64,000 bases of DNA from a virus: the IMG/VR virus record IMGVR_UViG_3300005253_000045, positions 11,629 to 75,628 of that record; one strand, written 5' to 3'. The notes beneath the pieces were generated by a model. The model did not search any database. It was not told the origin of the DNA and saw nothing but the letters and a program-made list of their open reading frames with translations. Shown in pieces: positions 10,512-19,686 of the stretch (position 1 is its first letter; each line of letters begins with the position of its first letter). The position numbers were made by a program, and so were the translations under genes.

Positions 10512-10975
10512 AGATTCTAAAGGTGCGCATTCACCGGGGCAAAGAGGGCGAGGACATGATGGTGTACCCTAGCCGGTATCGGGCACAGGAGGTAGACCGC
10601 AACGGACTAGGACCGTTGAACGTCAACAAATCCAATGCCTACTCGGGGCATATTGCACGGGGCGGCGACGAGGCTTGGTGCTTAATCATCCTCGAAGATG
10701 AATTGGCCGACGAGTACGCTTTCGATAAGGACATGAAGATTATCACGCCACACGTCGCGGACGCTCTTATGGAAGAATGGCGTGTGGCGAAGGGCGAATC
10801 CGAGGAGGTAGTGCAAAGTCCTGAGCGAATGACGGCCATTGCCGCAAAGCAGGCGGCTGGTCTCTCGTTGTCGGCTGAGGACTTGCAGGCACTTGACCCA
10901 GCGCACCCGATACCCGGCGTGAACAAGAGACTGGCACGGAAAATGGTGGATTTTCTGCCAGCGTTGGGGAAGTAG
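10508..10975 (+). CDS. Hypothetical protein
   Basis: TTG start overlapping upstream stop, SD GGAGGT. Confidence 0.6.
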   Translation: MKILKVRIHRGKEGEDMMVYPSRYRAQEVDRNGLGPLNVNKSNAYSGHIARGGDEAWCLIILEDELADEYAFDKDMKIITPHVADALMEEWRVAKGESEEVVQSPERMTAIAAKQAAGLSLSAEDLQALDPAHPIPGVNKRLARKMVDFLPALGK

Positions 10976-10976
10976 G

Positions 10977-11558
10977 ATGCCAAATCGAGTATGTATCTCG
11001 ATTCCCACTAAGGGAAGTGTGCGGGCGGAGATGATGGAGTGGACACTTCGCGCCTTCGTTGAGTTAGCACCAGAGGTCGAGGTGCAGATTGTGAATGAGG
11101 GCTTGCCGCTAGAGCATGTGCGAAATGTTCAAGCGCAACGCTTTCTTGCCACCAAATGCAGCCATCTCTTCCTACTCGATGCGGACTGTGTACCGGTGCA
11201 AGGGACTATTCAGCGCCTACTATCACATGACCTGCCTATCGTGAGTGCCCCTCACCCGACGCTGAAGGGGCCTGACCGCGTATTGATGGCACTGACAGCG
11301 AGCAATGGCGCTTACACGGAACACCGGCCTCAACAGGGCCTACAGATGGTGGATGCCGTCGGCAGTTCGGGACTTCTCATTGAACGAAGCGTATTTGAGA
11401 AGCTGCCTCGTCCATGGTTCCGTTGTCAATACGACGAGGATGGATTGTTATACCGAACCGAGGACTTCTACTTCTGCGAACGAGCAAAGGAGCATGGCTA
11501 CGACATCTGGGCGGATTACGAGCTCGTGCAGGCGCACATCAAAGCAATGGCTGTCTAA
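10977..11558 (+). CDS. Glycosyltransferase family 2-like protein
   Basis: RN..AQRFL..HLFLLDAD (DxD), GLLIERSVFE, EDFYFC. Confidence 0.8.
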   Translation: MPNRVCISIPTKGSVRAEMMEWTLRAFVELAPEVEVQIVNEGLPLEHVRNVQAQRFLATKCSHLFLLDADCVPVQGTIQRLLSHDLPIVSAPHPTLKGPDRVLMALTASNGAYTEHRPQQGLQMVDAVGSSGLLIERSVFEKLPRPWFRCQYDEDGLLYRTEDFYFCERAKEHGYDIWADYELVQAHIKAMAV

Positions 11559-12220
11559 TGGCGAACGTCATCTCGGGAGACCACGTAGCAGACAAGCACT
11601 ACCTACACTCAGGATTCTCCGCATCAATCACGAGTAGCTACGCATCTCCTGACTCGCTGACACTAGGTATAACTTGGGACGGCACGAATGTCCTCTCAGC
11701 AGATAACGTAGCTAAGCACTACCTCCACTCAGGATTCTCGGCATCAATTACGAGCAGCTACGCATCAGTGGCAAGCCCGACAGGTATTTCCTGGGACAGC
11801 GTGAATGTAGTCTCAGCAACGTCTCTAAAACACTATCTCCATTCCGGCTTCTCGGCGACAATCACCAGTAGCTATTCATCTCCTAGCAGCAACTCTCTTG
11901 GTATCACTTGGGATGACACGAACGTCATCTCAGCAGATGCCGCGGCAGACAAGCACTATCTCCATTCAGGATTTTCAGCAAGCATCACGAGCAGTTACGC
12001 CGCCCCTGCTGCCGACTCGTGGGGTATTAGCTGGGATGGAACGAACGTTGTCTCGGTGGATATTGTTGCAGACAAGCACTACCTCCACTCAGGATTCTCG
12101 GCATCAATCACGAGTAGCTACACTGCTCAGGGCAATCCGACGGGTATTACATGGGACGGGCGTTATGCGGCGGTGGCCGCCCTCGCAGCACAGCGCCTAA
12201 AGGTTGGGCATGGGCGGTAA
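11558..12220 (+). CDS. Repeat (beta-propeller-like) protein
   Basis: Five copies of about 40 aa KHYLHSGFSASITSSY..GITWDGTNV; ATG overlaps upstream TAA. Confidence 0.75.
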   Translation: MANVISGDHVADKHYLHSGFSASITSSYASPDSLTLGITWDGTNVLSADNVAKHYLHSGFSASITSSYASVASPTGISWDSVNVVSATSLKHYLHSGFSATITSSYSSPSSNSLGITWDDTNVISADAAADKHYLHSGFSASITSSYAAPAADSWGISWDGTNVVSVDIVADKHYLHSGFSASITSSYTAQGNPTGITWDGRYAAVAALAAQRLKVGHGR

Positions 12221-12232
12221 GAGGGCACAGTC

Positions 12233-12241
12233 TGCTATAAT
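12233..12241 (+). promoter_or_regulatory. Extended -10 promoter, leaderless transcript
   Basis: TGcTATAAT, 6 nt before ATG 12248. Confidence 0.6.
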
Positions 12242-12247
12242 GTAACC

Positions 12248-12469
12248 ATGGGCAAACCAAGCTACTTCCGCAAGATACTTATCTCTATCGACCAACTCTT
12301 CAATACAATCCTGGGGGGTTGGCCGGATGAGACGATTTCCTCGCGCCTAGGAAAGAAGGCACGCGAGGGGAACCCCTGGGCGAAGTATGCGTGCTGGCTC
12401 ATCGGTAAGGTCTTCTTCCACAACACCCGCCACTGCTCTGAGGCGATAGAGGAGGATGAAGGTGACTAG
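12248..12469 (+). CDS. Small conserved phage protein
   Basis: IDQLFNTILGGWPDETISSRLGK motif common near tail/lysis genes. Confidence 0.65.
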   Translation: MGKPSYFRKILISIDQLFNTILGGWPDETISSRLGKKAREGNPWAKYACWLIGKVFFHNTRHCSEAIEEDEGD

Positions 12470-12731
12470 TACAGAAGCGCGTTTAGATACCATTGACGAC
12501 GCCCTCGACCAGGTATTCGACAAGGTTGAACACCTAGCTGACTGGACCCACACGCACGATGAGGAGCACGTCAACGAGGACAAGCGAATGAACCTTCTCC
12601 TCACTCAGCTAACAGAGCATGACACCAACCACCACGGGCGGGCTTCAACTATCAAGCAGAGCGGATGGGTTGCAGGCGCCCTGACTATAGTCTACGTGGT
12701 CGCCGAACTTCTCCGGCAGTTCCTAATCTAG
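12456..12731 (+). CDS. Coiled-coil protein with C-terminal TM helix (holin-like candidate)
   Basis: Hydrophobic C-terminus WVAGALTIVYVVAELL. Confidence 0.5.
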   Translation: MKVTSTEARLDTIDDALDQVFDKVEHLADWTHTHDEEHVNEDKRMNLLLTQLTEHDTNHHGRASTIKQSGWVAGALTIVYVVAELLRQFLI

Positions 12732-13039
12732 TCGACCGTTTCCCCCACCGGAGGCCCCTCTTCCTCAGTTTCGCCCTCCTCCTCCGAGTTCGTAGGAAGC
12801 AGGTGCACCAACTCTTGCTCGAGGGTCTCAGCCCGCTCTTTCCAGTAGTCCCGCTCTAGGGTTAAGGCTCCTATACGGGCCATGAGGTCCTGGTTGGTAA
12901 TCCGGGGCACCGCCCCTCCCATTTTTGTTAGCACTGCCTTTGCCCTCGCCGCGACGTTCGTGGCCTTGGATAGGGTTCGTGCAGCCATCCGCTCTGTAGC
13001 GCGCTTAGACCTGTCGCTATTCGGTTTCTTCTGGCTCAT
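12728..13039 (-). CDS. Hypothetical protein
   Basis: Start MSQKK after GGAGGT. Confidence 0.55.
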   Translation of the reverse strand: MSQKKPNSDRSKRATERMAARTLSKATNVAARAKAVLTKMGGAVPRITNQDLMARIGALTLERDYWKERAETLEQELVHLLPTNSEEEGETEEEGPPVGETVD

Positions 13040-13508
13040 TCGATACCTCCATCTTTCTGTTGTCTTCTCCGATGTCCTCATTCTCGTAGACCATGAGGGT
13101 GAATGCCTGCCACGCGACGTGAGCCATGTGGGGCAGGCCGGAATCTGGGTCAATGGACTCCCCCGCCCTATATGCCTCCACATGCCGCATGAGGGCCGCC
13201 AGAATGCGTCTGTAGGTCATTCCCCTCAGGTAATTCACATCGCCGTACTTTGCGGCGCCATGGGTGTAGACCTTAGCGAGCTGCTCCAGGGCGTACGGTG
13301 GGATAAGGTCAAAGCGCAACTTTTCGGAGTCGAACTTAAAACCACTCTTCGCTTCTTCTCTGTGCGCTCCGGGACAGTCATCTCCAACGTAGTGGGTCTC
13401 TCCCTGGTTAGGGGGATGGCAGACGTCACAGCCGCCTCTTCGCGCTGGAACGCCACAGCAGCCTACTGTGTCGTCATCGCAGTCTGTACAGTGTCGATTG
13501 GCGCCCAT
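13017..13508 (-). CDS. dATP/dGTP diphosphohydrolase domain (DUF5664-like) protein
   Basis: KFDSEKLRFDLIP..GAAKYG..N..G..AALMRH..DPDSGLPHMAH. Confidence 0.85.
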   Translation of the reverse strand: MGANRHCTDCDDDTVGCCGVPARRGGCDVCHPPNQGETHYVGDDCPGAHREEAKSGFKFDSEKLRFDLIPPYALEQLAKVYTHGAAKYGDVNYLRGMTYRRILAALMRHVEAYRAGESIDPDSGLPHMAHVAWQAFTLMVYENEDIGEDNRKMEVSNEPEETE

Positions 13509-14450
13509 CTACTCCCCTCCCCCGATACGAAGCTCGGCTTCGAGTTGGTCTAACAAGTCTGCCATCCTACCTATATGCTCCGGGGAGAACCTATCTATTA
13601 TCGAGCCGGAGGTGTTGTGCTGCTGAATATGGATGGCCAGCGCGTTCTGGGCAGCGGTGGCTGCCTCTCTCAACTTCGAGATTCGGGCAGTAGTCGATAC
13701 GGCGCCGGCCGCATGGTAGCCGCGGTGGAGGAGCTGGTGCAGTGTCACCGGCCCATCGCTGCCATAGATGGGGACGTTCATCGTCAGGAGCTCCCCCATG
13801 ATACTCTGGACGGACTGGGTCGGCTCTCCGAATGTCTGGCCATAGACGAGCTCAGGGTTCACGATGGTATTACGGTCGACGAACTGCCCACAGATGTGAG
13901 TGCCACCAGACCACTGCTCCATGAACACCTGGTCATCCTGCCACCCGCCGTAGCGTAACGTCGGGTAGTCGAAGTCTGGGTGCTTGTCCCATATAGCGTT
14001 CCATAGAGGAGTACCACGGTCAGATACGGCCGAGGAGTTACCGGGTATGACGTAATTCCTCCAGGCGTTGTAGCTTGTGTATAGGACAGCCCTCTTGCCC
14101 AGCTCCTCTACCCAGTCGATGGCCTGAAGGATGTTGGGGATGGCAATACCGCGTAGTTCGACATCGACGGCTACGAAATCAAGTGCGTCCCATAAGTCGT
14201 TAGGCACCCCGGCGCGTCCGGAGTCAATATGGTAGGCCCCCCCATAAACGTCATTCAGGCTGATATAGCCGGCTATGGAGAGCCCAGCCTCCTGTGCTGT
14301 GCGAAGGCTAAGGACTCGAGGCCCCGGCTGCTCTGTCGCCGTCCATAGGCACTGTACGTAGACAGGCCAGCGCGCACTCTTGAGGCACTGCGCCTCCTCA
14401 AGTGTCAGTTGGTCAAAGCTAGCATCGACCGCTCGTGTGGGTAGTGGCAT
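13509..14450 (-). CDS. Putative endolysin, GH25-like muramidase fold
   Basis: AVDAS, VAVDVE (DxE), LYTS..W, PLWNA.W, QWS..VDRN. Confidence 0.65.
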   Translation of the reverse strand: MPLPTRAVDASFDQLTLEEAQCLKSARWPVYVQCLWTATEQPGPRVLSLRTAQEAGLSIAGYISLNDVYGGAYHIDSGRAGVPNDLWDALDFVAVDVELRGIAIPNILQAIDWVEELGKRAVLYTSYNAWRNYVIPGNSSAVSDRGTPLWNAIWDKHPDFDYPTLRYGGWQDDQVFMEQWSGGTHICGQFVDRNTIVNPELVYGQTFGEPTQSVQSIMGELLTMNVPIYGSDGPVTLHQLLHRGYHAAGAVSTTARISKLREAATAAQNALAIHIQQHNTSGSIIDRFSPEHIGRMADLLDQLEAELRIGGGE

Positions 14451-14710
14451 TACTGGGTTACCTCCTCAGGGTATACATCTCCATTGTCTAAGATTTTGCG
14501 GTCTTCGTAGGGCGCCGTCACACGCCGGTTGAACTCTGTCAGAGCCCCCATCAGGGCACCATTGATGTCGTTGATGGTCTGGTAGCAGAGGCCTTGCATA
14601 GCTAGGTAGGCCAATACTACCCGAGTGAGCGAATAGTTCAATTCTCCGGGTCGTATGGGGGGCAGTCTCCCATCTAACCGCTCTCGTGTTTGTAGGTCAA
14701 TGTATGGCAT
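14450..14710 (-). CDS. Conserved phage protein (DUF6899-like)
   Basis: MPYI..GELNY..INDI.GAL..EF.RR..PYED.KI..NGDV. Confidence 0.7.
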   Translation of the reverse strand: MPYIDLQTRERLDGRLPPIRPGELNYSLTRVVLAYLAMQGLCYQTINDINGALMGALTEFNRRVTAPYEDRKILDNGDVYPEEVTQ

Positions 14711-15165
14711 TACACCGTCTCCTGCCTCGGCACCATCATGTAGGTGTCGATGAACTCTAGTGCCCCCTCGAGTGAGTCGGCAATGTAGGTCGAGATGCTG
14801 GCGACAAAGGCGTTCTTCCGCCCCTGCTTCCCCGCATCGATGCTAATGATGGGGATACCCAGCGCCCAGGCAAGACCCACCTCAATACACGACCCGTAGG
14901 AGGCCACGTCCGCGGTGAGCCATAGGAGCATGTCACTTATTTCAATACCATGCTTGTCCTTGAGGCAGATGGTATTGAGGGTCAGCTCGCTTTGGTCGTC
15001 TTGGATGTTCCGGCGCCGCTTCAGGGAGTCGTACTCGCCGGCGAGAGGGTCAATGGCGGCCCAGCCATACTCTGCGAGGGCGGCCGTTGCCTCCTCCCGC
15101 TCCTCCCGCATCTCCTTAGTAGAGCGCCCAGTCACCGAGCCACATAGATAGATTCGTAGGCTCAC
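14710..15165 (-). CDS. Nucleoside 2-deoxyribosyltransferase-like protein
   Basis: IYLCGS..IDP..D..SD..SYGS.IEVGLAWALGIP. Confidence 0.8.
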   Translation of the reverse strand: MSLRIYLCGSVTGRSTKEMREEREEATAALAEYGWAAIDPLAGEYDSLKRRRNIQDDQSELTLNTICLKDKHGIEISDMLLWLTADVASYGSCIEVGLAWALGIPIISIDAGKQGRKNAFVASISTYIADSLEGALEFIDTYMMVPRQETV

Positions 15166-15263
15166 AGAGTTCTCCTTAGGAGCTGGAAGACGAAGATAGC
15201 GGCCGTGGCCCCGAAGGAACCAACAGCGCCCAGGAAGATAGACTCCTTGATGAGGTCAATCAT
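15162..15263 (-). CDS. 33-aa membrane peptide
   Basis: MIDLIKESIFLGAVGSFGATAAIFVFQLLRRTL, SD GGAGG; not in ORF track. Confidence 0.5.
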   Translation of the reverse strand: MIDLIKESIFLGAVGSFGATAAIFVFQLLRRTL

Positions 15264-16152
15264 CAGGGGCCTCCTTTACGCGAATTGCCTTTAGATTTTT
15301 CTTCCTTTTACTTACCGGCCATGTGATAGAGACCCCTATTTGGCCGTAATTGTCATTGGAGTCGGCATGTCCTGTAATGGCGAAGTTATGCGCGTATATA
15401 CCCCAGGAGCGACGGGAGCCACCGTTACTGGAGAAAATACGGGGGCCTCTATGGGGGCCGGTTCTACGTAAGGCTTCCCCCTGGGCTTTCCGATATTCAT
15501 TCGTCTCCTCCTCTGATAATGGGGGCATTCCTGCCTTTACGGGTACCTCGTACCTGTTCTTCAGCGCGTCTATAAGACTCTTGGCGGGAATTATCGAAGC
15601 CACGTAGTTCTTTCTTGCTGACGGGTTTATCTTGTCGAAAATGTGGACGCACTGTAGTACAATAGTCGGCACTTCTGCTGAGCTATTCCACGCTATATAG
15701 TCGGTACATTCTCTACGGCAAGTATCAAAATCAAGCCATAAGGACTCTATTCGGGCATGCTGAACCCGCCATCCCTCTTCATAAGGGCGTATGGCGCCCC
15801 ATAGAGTAGTGGAGGCATAGATACTACCAGTTCTCTCTGCTTGTAGGGAAAGTACGTTACGAGCAGCGTAGATGCCACATCCACAATTAGTTTGAGGAGC
15901 AAGTAAGTGCTTCTCTGCTCTTTTTCTCGTATCTGATAGGTACTCATTGACGAGAGGAAGAGAAATACGGCCTTCATCATCGCGCCAGCATTGTGAATGT
16001 AAAGCCCTTCCAGGTATCCAGCACTCAGCCGTGAGCTCTCGCTGTATCCAATCCGACCAGATTCCTTGTAGTACTATTTTATCGTCGGCGTCCTTACAAA
16101 CGGAAAATGCTCGCCAGCCGGTAATCATTGATGCACCTCCTAGTACATACAA
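15256..16152 (-). CDS. CxCGIY-motif protein, paralog of 54908..55579
   Basis: GWRAF..APQTNCGCGIYA..LWG..GWRVQ; lower GC than flanks. Confidence 0.6.
   Translation of the reverse strand: MYVLGGASMITGWRAFSVCKDADDKIVLQGIWSDWIQRELTAECWIPGRALHSQCWRDDEGRISLPLVNEYLSDTRKRAEKHLLAPQTNCGCGIYAARNVLSLQAERTGSIYASTTLWGAIRPYEEGWRVQHARIESLWLDFDTCRRECTDYIAWNSSAEVPTIVLQCVHIFDKINPSARKNYVASIIPAKSLIDALKNRYEVPVKAGMPPLSEEETNEYRKAQGEALRRTGPHRGPRIFSSNGGSRRSWGIYAHNFAITGHADSNDNYGQIGVSITWPVSKRKKNLKAIRVKEAPDD
15336..15500 (-). CDS. Pro-rich IGKP peptide (overlapping frame)
   Basis: MNIGKPRGKPYVEPAPIEAP.., SD GAGGAG; resembles start of 55579..55881. Confidence 0.5.
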   Translation of the reverse strand: MNIGKPRGKPYVEPAPIEAPVFSPVTVAPVAPGVYTRITSPLQDMPTPMTITAK

Positions 16153-16177
16153 CGGCTCGAAGCCGAAAGTGTTACAC

Positions 16178-17332
16178 CTAGCGCTTAATGATGTTGATGT
16201 CCCTCACTTCTTCTGCGGAAGCCAGATGGATTCGGTGGCGGTGGGTAATGCCCTTATCTGGGTGAACGAAGAACATCTCTTGACTCGGGCGGTTGGCCCG
16301 CGGCCGGCGCATCTTTAGGGCCAGTAGGGACGGGCCAACGAAGCAGCCGTTGCTGATAACGTCGCCATCAATCTCTTCCTCGCGCTCTGAGGCGGTGTGG
16401 TGGTGACCCAACACCATGTAGTTGAGAACCTGGCCTACGATAGAGTTCATAGCCAACTTGTTCTCTACTACTCCAGTGTAGGTGGCGTGTAGGTTCACCC
16501 CATCTCCATGGCGGAGGTAGAAAGAGTAGCCAAGAATGTCCACTATCTGGAAGAAGGAGGGACTGATGTCGAACGTGAACTTGCCCGGCGCCGCCAACTC
16601 GCAGCGGGCGGCGATAGTCTGCCACGCCATAAGCTCGATGTTGTCCGGGTCGAACGCATCCTTCTTACTGCCAGACATACGGCCGTGGTTACCAAACACC
16701 TTATACACATGAATCTTCTCGAACCGGGACTGGAGAGAGACGAGGACGTCAGTCATGTCGGCGACGAAACCAAGGAACTGGAAGTATGGGGACAACTCCA
16801 TCTCCATCGCCTGGGTGCCATACATATGGCCGTTGCCCTCCATGTCGTCGCCAAGGGCGAGGATGTGGAGAACAGGGACGTCTAGAGTCGTTTGCATCAT
16901 TTGCGTGAAACGTAACACTCCGTCCCGCCAGTCGGTTAGGCGGTAGCGGGCGGTGGCGACGTCGTAACCACCGATACCCCCAGTCACCTCTGGGTCTACC
17001 TTACTTCCAAAGTGGTAGTCAGAGAAGCAGGCAATCGCGTGCTGTGCTGTCTTGAACCCCATATCCTCCACCTTAGTAGCGAGAATCTTGGCGGGTACAG
17101 GGGGTAGGGGGACGCGCTCTGTGAGGAGCTTCGAGGCCCTCTCCTCGAACTCCTCGGTGGTCATGCCCTGCTCGACCTTGGCTGTAGTGGTCTTGTTCGT
17201 CGGGGCGTTCCTATTGGCGTAGGCAAGCTGGGCCGCACGTATGCGGCACTTGTCGCTACAGTATATTGACTTCTCTCGGGTGGGCGTGGAACACTTGGTG
17301 TAGGCGCACTTAGCTTTAACCATGCTATTCAT
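16178..17332 (-). CDS. Calcineurin-like metallophosphoesterase with N-terminal Zn finger
   Basis: SDYH, LGD, GNHG, HGD, GHHH motifs; YCSDKCR. Confidence 0.85.
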   Translation of the reverse strand: MNSMVKAKCAYTKCSTPTREKSIYCSDKCRIRAAQLAYANRNAPTNKTTTAKVEQGMTTEEFEERASKLLTERVPLPPVPAKILATKVEDMGFKTAQHAIACFSDYHFGSKVDPEVTGGIGGYDVATARYRLTDWRDGVLRFTQMMQTTLDVPVLHILALGDDMEGNGHMYGTQAMEMELSPYFQFLGFVADMTDVLVSLQSRFEKIHVYKVFGNHGRMSGSKKDAFDPDNIELMAWQTIAARCELAAPGKFTFDISPSFFQIVDILGYSFYLRHGDGVNLHATYTGVVENKLAMNSIVGQVLNYMVLGHHHTASEREEEIDGDVISNGCFVGPSLLALKMRRPRANRPSQEMFFVHPDKGITHRHRIHLASAEEVRDINIIKR

Positions 17333-17756
17333 TATACCCTTTCATACCGGGAAGAAGCAAGTCTGAACCCGGGCTCTTAGGTACGACTATACCGCTTTCT
17401 GTTGTCTTATCGCCAATGAGGGGCTCGTATCGCGGCACTAGGTCTATGTCGATAGCGTTGGGCGTGTCCTCAGCCGGCTTGATACTGAGGCCGAGGCCCC
17501 GCGCTATCACGTCGATGAGTGCCCGCCGTACGTCGTCAGGCAGGCTGTTCAGTGCATCGCCCCAATAGCCAACCATCAAGCGCATGTTCTGGTGTGTGAG
17601 GGCCAGGAGACTGTCTCTCATCGCCAGCGCCCACGCCTGGAACTCAGTCTCGGCCTTGACCTCTAGCACCTTGTCCATGTGCGGGTGCCAGGATGTTGCT
17701 GGGATGTGCATTGTGACCTTGATGGTCGCCTGTTTGTTCTCACACTTTTTCGTCAT
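17325..17756 (-). CDS. Hypothetical protein
   Basis: Coupled ORF. Confidence 0.6.
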   Translation of the reverse strand: MTKKCENKQATIKVTMHIPATSWHPHMDKVLEVKAETEFQAWALAMRDSLLALTHQNMRLMVGYWGDALNSLPDDVRRALIDVIARGLGLSIKPAEDTPNAIDIDLVPRYEPLIGDKTTESGIVVPKSPGSDLLLPGMKGYNE

Positions 17757-17758
17757 AG

Positions 17759-17905
17759 CTATCCCTCAGCCCCGTCGCGCAGTGCGGTAAACTGTAGGCG
17801 TAGGTCAGTGATACACTGACTGCAAATCAGTAGTCTTGTCTCCGGCAACTTCACTACAAGCCGCCCACGGGCACAAAAATCACAGACTGGTGGTGTGGCT
17901 TTCAT
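17759..17905 (-). CDS. Small C4 Zn-finger protein
   Basis: MKATPPVCDFC..LICSQCI; fills gap, coupled to upstream stop. Confidence 0.55.
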   Translation of the reverse strand: MKATPPVCDFCARGRLVVKLPETRLLICSQCITDLRLQFTALRDGAEG

Positions 17906-18093
17906 TACTGTTCCTCCTCCAAGAACTCTATTTCGTCTCGGTAAAATCGCCAGTGGGTGCCATCCTTAAACTCTACCACCACCAGCTCAAGGGTAGTATT
18001 GATGCGCTCGTGGTTAATCACTTTACCGATAGCCCCGACCTTCACGGCCCGGTAGGGAGACCCTTTGACTAGTACTCGGGCCATCGTATCCAT
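17905..18093 (-). CDS. Small SH3/KOW-like protein
   Basis: VGAIGKVI..VVEFKDG..F..DEIE pattern. Confidence 0.55.
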   Translation of the reverse strand: MDTMARVLVKGSPYRAVKVGAIGKVINHERINTTLELVVVEFKDGTHWRFYRDEIEFLEEEQ

Positions 18094-18496
18094 ACTAATT
18101 CATGAAGAGAGTGCTGGGTAGGGTAGCACGGTCAGACCCTACTACGCCCCATAGCAGCGCGTAAACATGGGCCGGAGTGTCCACGGAGGGAGACAGGGAC
18201 TTCCCAGGATGGGCGCTCCCCTCGACTAAAGCCCGTACCTCGTAGGGTAAGAGGGGGGAAGGCGCGTCCTCGCCTGGGGCAACAGCAGAGAGGCGGGGGA
18301 TGCTGACATGCTCCAAGTCGCATTCCTGGCATGTGTGGATGGGGTAGAGCTCCTGAAATCTACTCACGGGCATCGTACTTATCTCGCGTTAATAAGTTCA
18401 CCAACATCTGTTGAAGCCGGGAGTTCTGCTCTCTGAGCATATCGATAACCGCCCAATGCCTAGGGAAGAGTCTCCGCGCAATGCGTTCTGTTATAC

Positions 18497-19429
18497 TCAC
18501 GGCAACTCCTTTGGCAGGAACTCCTCGAGCCACTGGTACTTTTGGCGGCAGTTGGGACAGGCCAAAATCACAACCTTCTCCTCTTCAAGTTCCTTCTGTC
18601 GGGTCTTGTCTATGTCGTCTCTATTCACTAACGACACCCGGGGCTGGTTCATTACATCCCAAGAGGACATAGACCCTACGGCTCGGAGCTGTGTGCCGCA
18701 TCGCTCGCAGTCCATAGCCACCGGCGTGCTATCCTTCAGCAAGTCCCGTTGGTCGGGGTCGGCCTCCTCGCCCTCGAACTCAATGTTCAGGTATTTCCAT
18801 CCACTCTCTTCCTCGAGGTAGCCGGGTTCGTGTCCCTCCTTAAACTTGAAGTGCTTATCGATAGCACGGGGGTCTATGCCGGACTTCTTCTGGCGGTTGT
18901 AATCTGCCCAGTTCCTTTCAATCTCCTCCTCGCTCATATCAGCAGGAGCGGGCGCTTCAAAGTGCGAAGGATGGCATGAGCCCCCCGCTATCGGGGACAT
19001 GTACGCTAGCATAGCTAGGTCGCGTTTCGACGTGAGGTAGGGTTGTATCTGCGCACATATCCCTCGCACAAGTTCCTTGTACTGCACCACCCACTGCCAG
19101 CTAGGTTTCTTAGCGAACGCTTGTGCGCCGTTAGGACTTACGTAGTCAGGACGTGGCTCGCGGTAGTACACCGTCCCACACCCAGTCAGGCGGAGCATAG
19201 TGGCGATGGTCTCCACGTCGGTGGAGTAGAAGTCTACCCCCATAGGTGAGATTTGGTCGACATCATCGAGGCGGTCTCGAGTGTGTGCTCCTATGGGTAC
19301 CCAAACGCCTGGTTTGAGGCGGCCGCGCAGTCTAATGGAACCTTCCCCTTCTATCATAGCGCCTACCCAGGCTGCCTCTACATCGGACATGGTGCGAACG
19401 GTTTGGTCGGTGCGTTTACCTTTGTACAT
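18497..19429 (-). CDS. LAGLIDADG endonuclease-like domain fused to Zn-ribbon domain
   Basis: EAAWVGAMIEGEGSI..WQW..IQPYLTSKR; C-terminal CERC/CPNC. Confidence 0.75.
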   Translation of the reverse strand: MYKGKRTDQTVRTMSDVEAAWVGAMIEGEGSIRLRGRLKPGVWVPIGAHTRDRLDDVDQISPMGVDFYSTDVETIATMLRLTGCGTVYYREPRPDYVSPNGAQAFAKKPSWQWVVQYKELVRGICAQIQPYLTSKRDLAMLAYMSPIAGGSCHPSHFEAPAPADMSEEEIERNWADYNRQKKSGIDPRAIDKHFKFKEGHEPGYLEEESGWKYLNIEFEGEEADPDQRDLLKDSTPVAMDCERCGTQLRAVGSMSSWDVMNQPRVSLVNRDDIDKTRQKELEEEKVVILACPNCRQKYQWLEEFLPKELP

Positions 19430-19435
19430 ATTGGC

Positions 19436-19465
19436 AGTGTACCCTACACACTTGGTGTCTGTCAA
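19436..19465 (-). promoter_or_regulatory. sigma70-type promoter, leaderless transcript
   Basis: TTGACA-18-TACACT, 6 nt before ATG 19429. Confidence 0.65.
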
Positions 19466-19686
19466 GAGTATGACAGGTCAAGCTACCGATACCTCCACTA
19501 TCGTTAGAGGGAAGCATTCTAGGGGGCCTTCAAAAGACACCATACCCTTGTCTGAAAATATCGCGCGTACATGTGTACACGGACAGAGTGGGTGATTGGG
19601 TGAGAAGACGTTGGTGTGTCTAAAAGGTCTGTCCCAACTAGGGCTTGTGTGCTCAATAGTTACCAGGCCTATAGGGATGTTCCCGC

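Noticed and set aside
11558-12220. DGR template/variable repeat pair
   Set aside because: Repeats are in-frame protein repeats, differences are not adenine-specific, and no reverse transcriptase is in the window
12882-13553. 223-aa + strand ORF and similar antisense ORFs in the track
   Set aside because: Shadow frames of well-supported opposite-strand genes in GC-rich DNA
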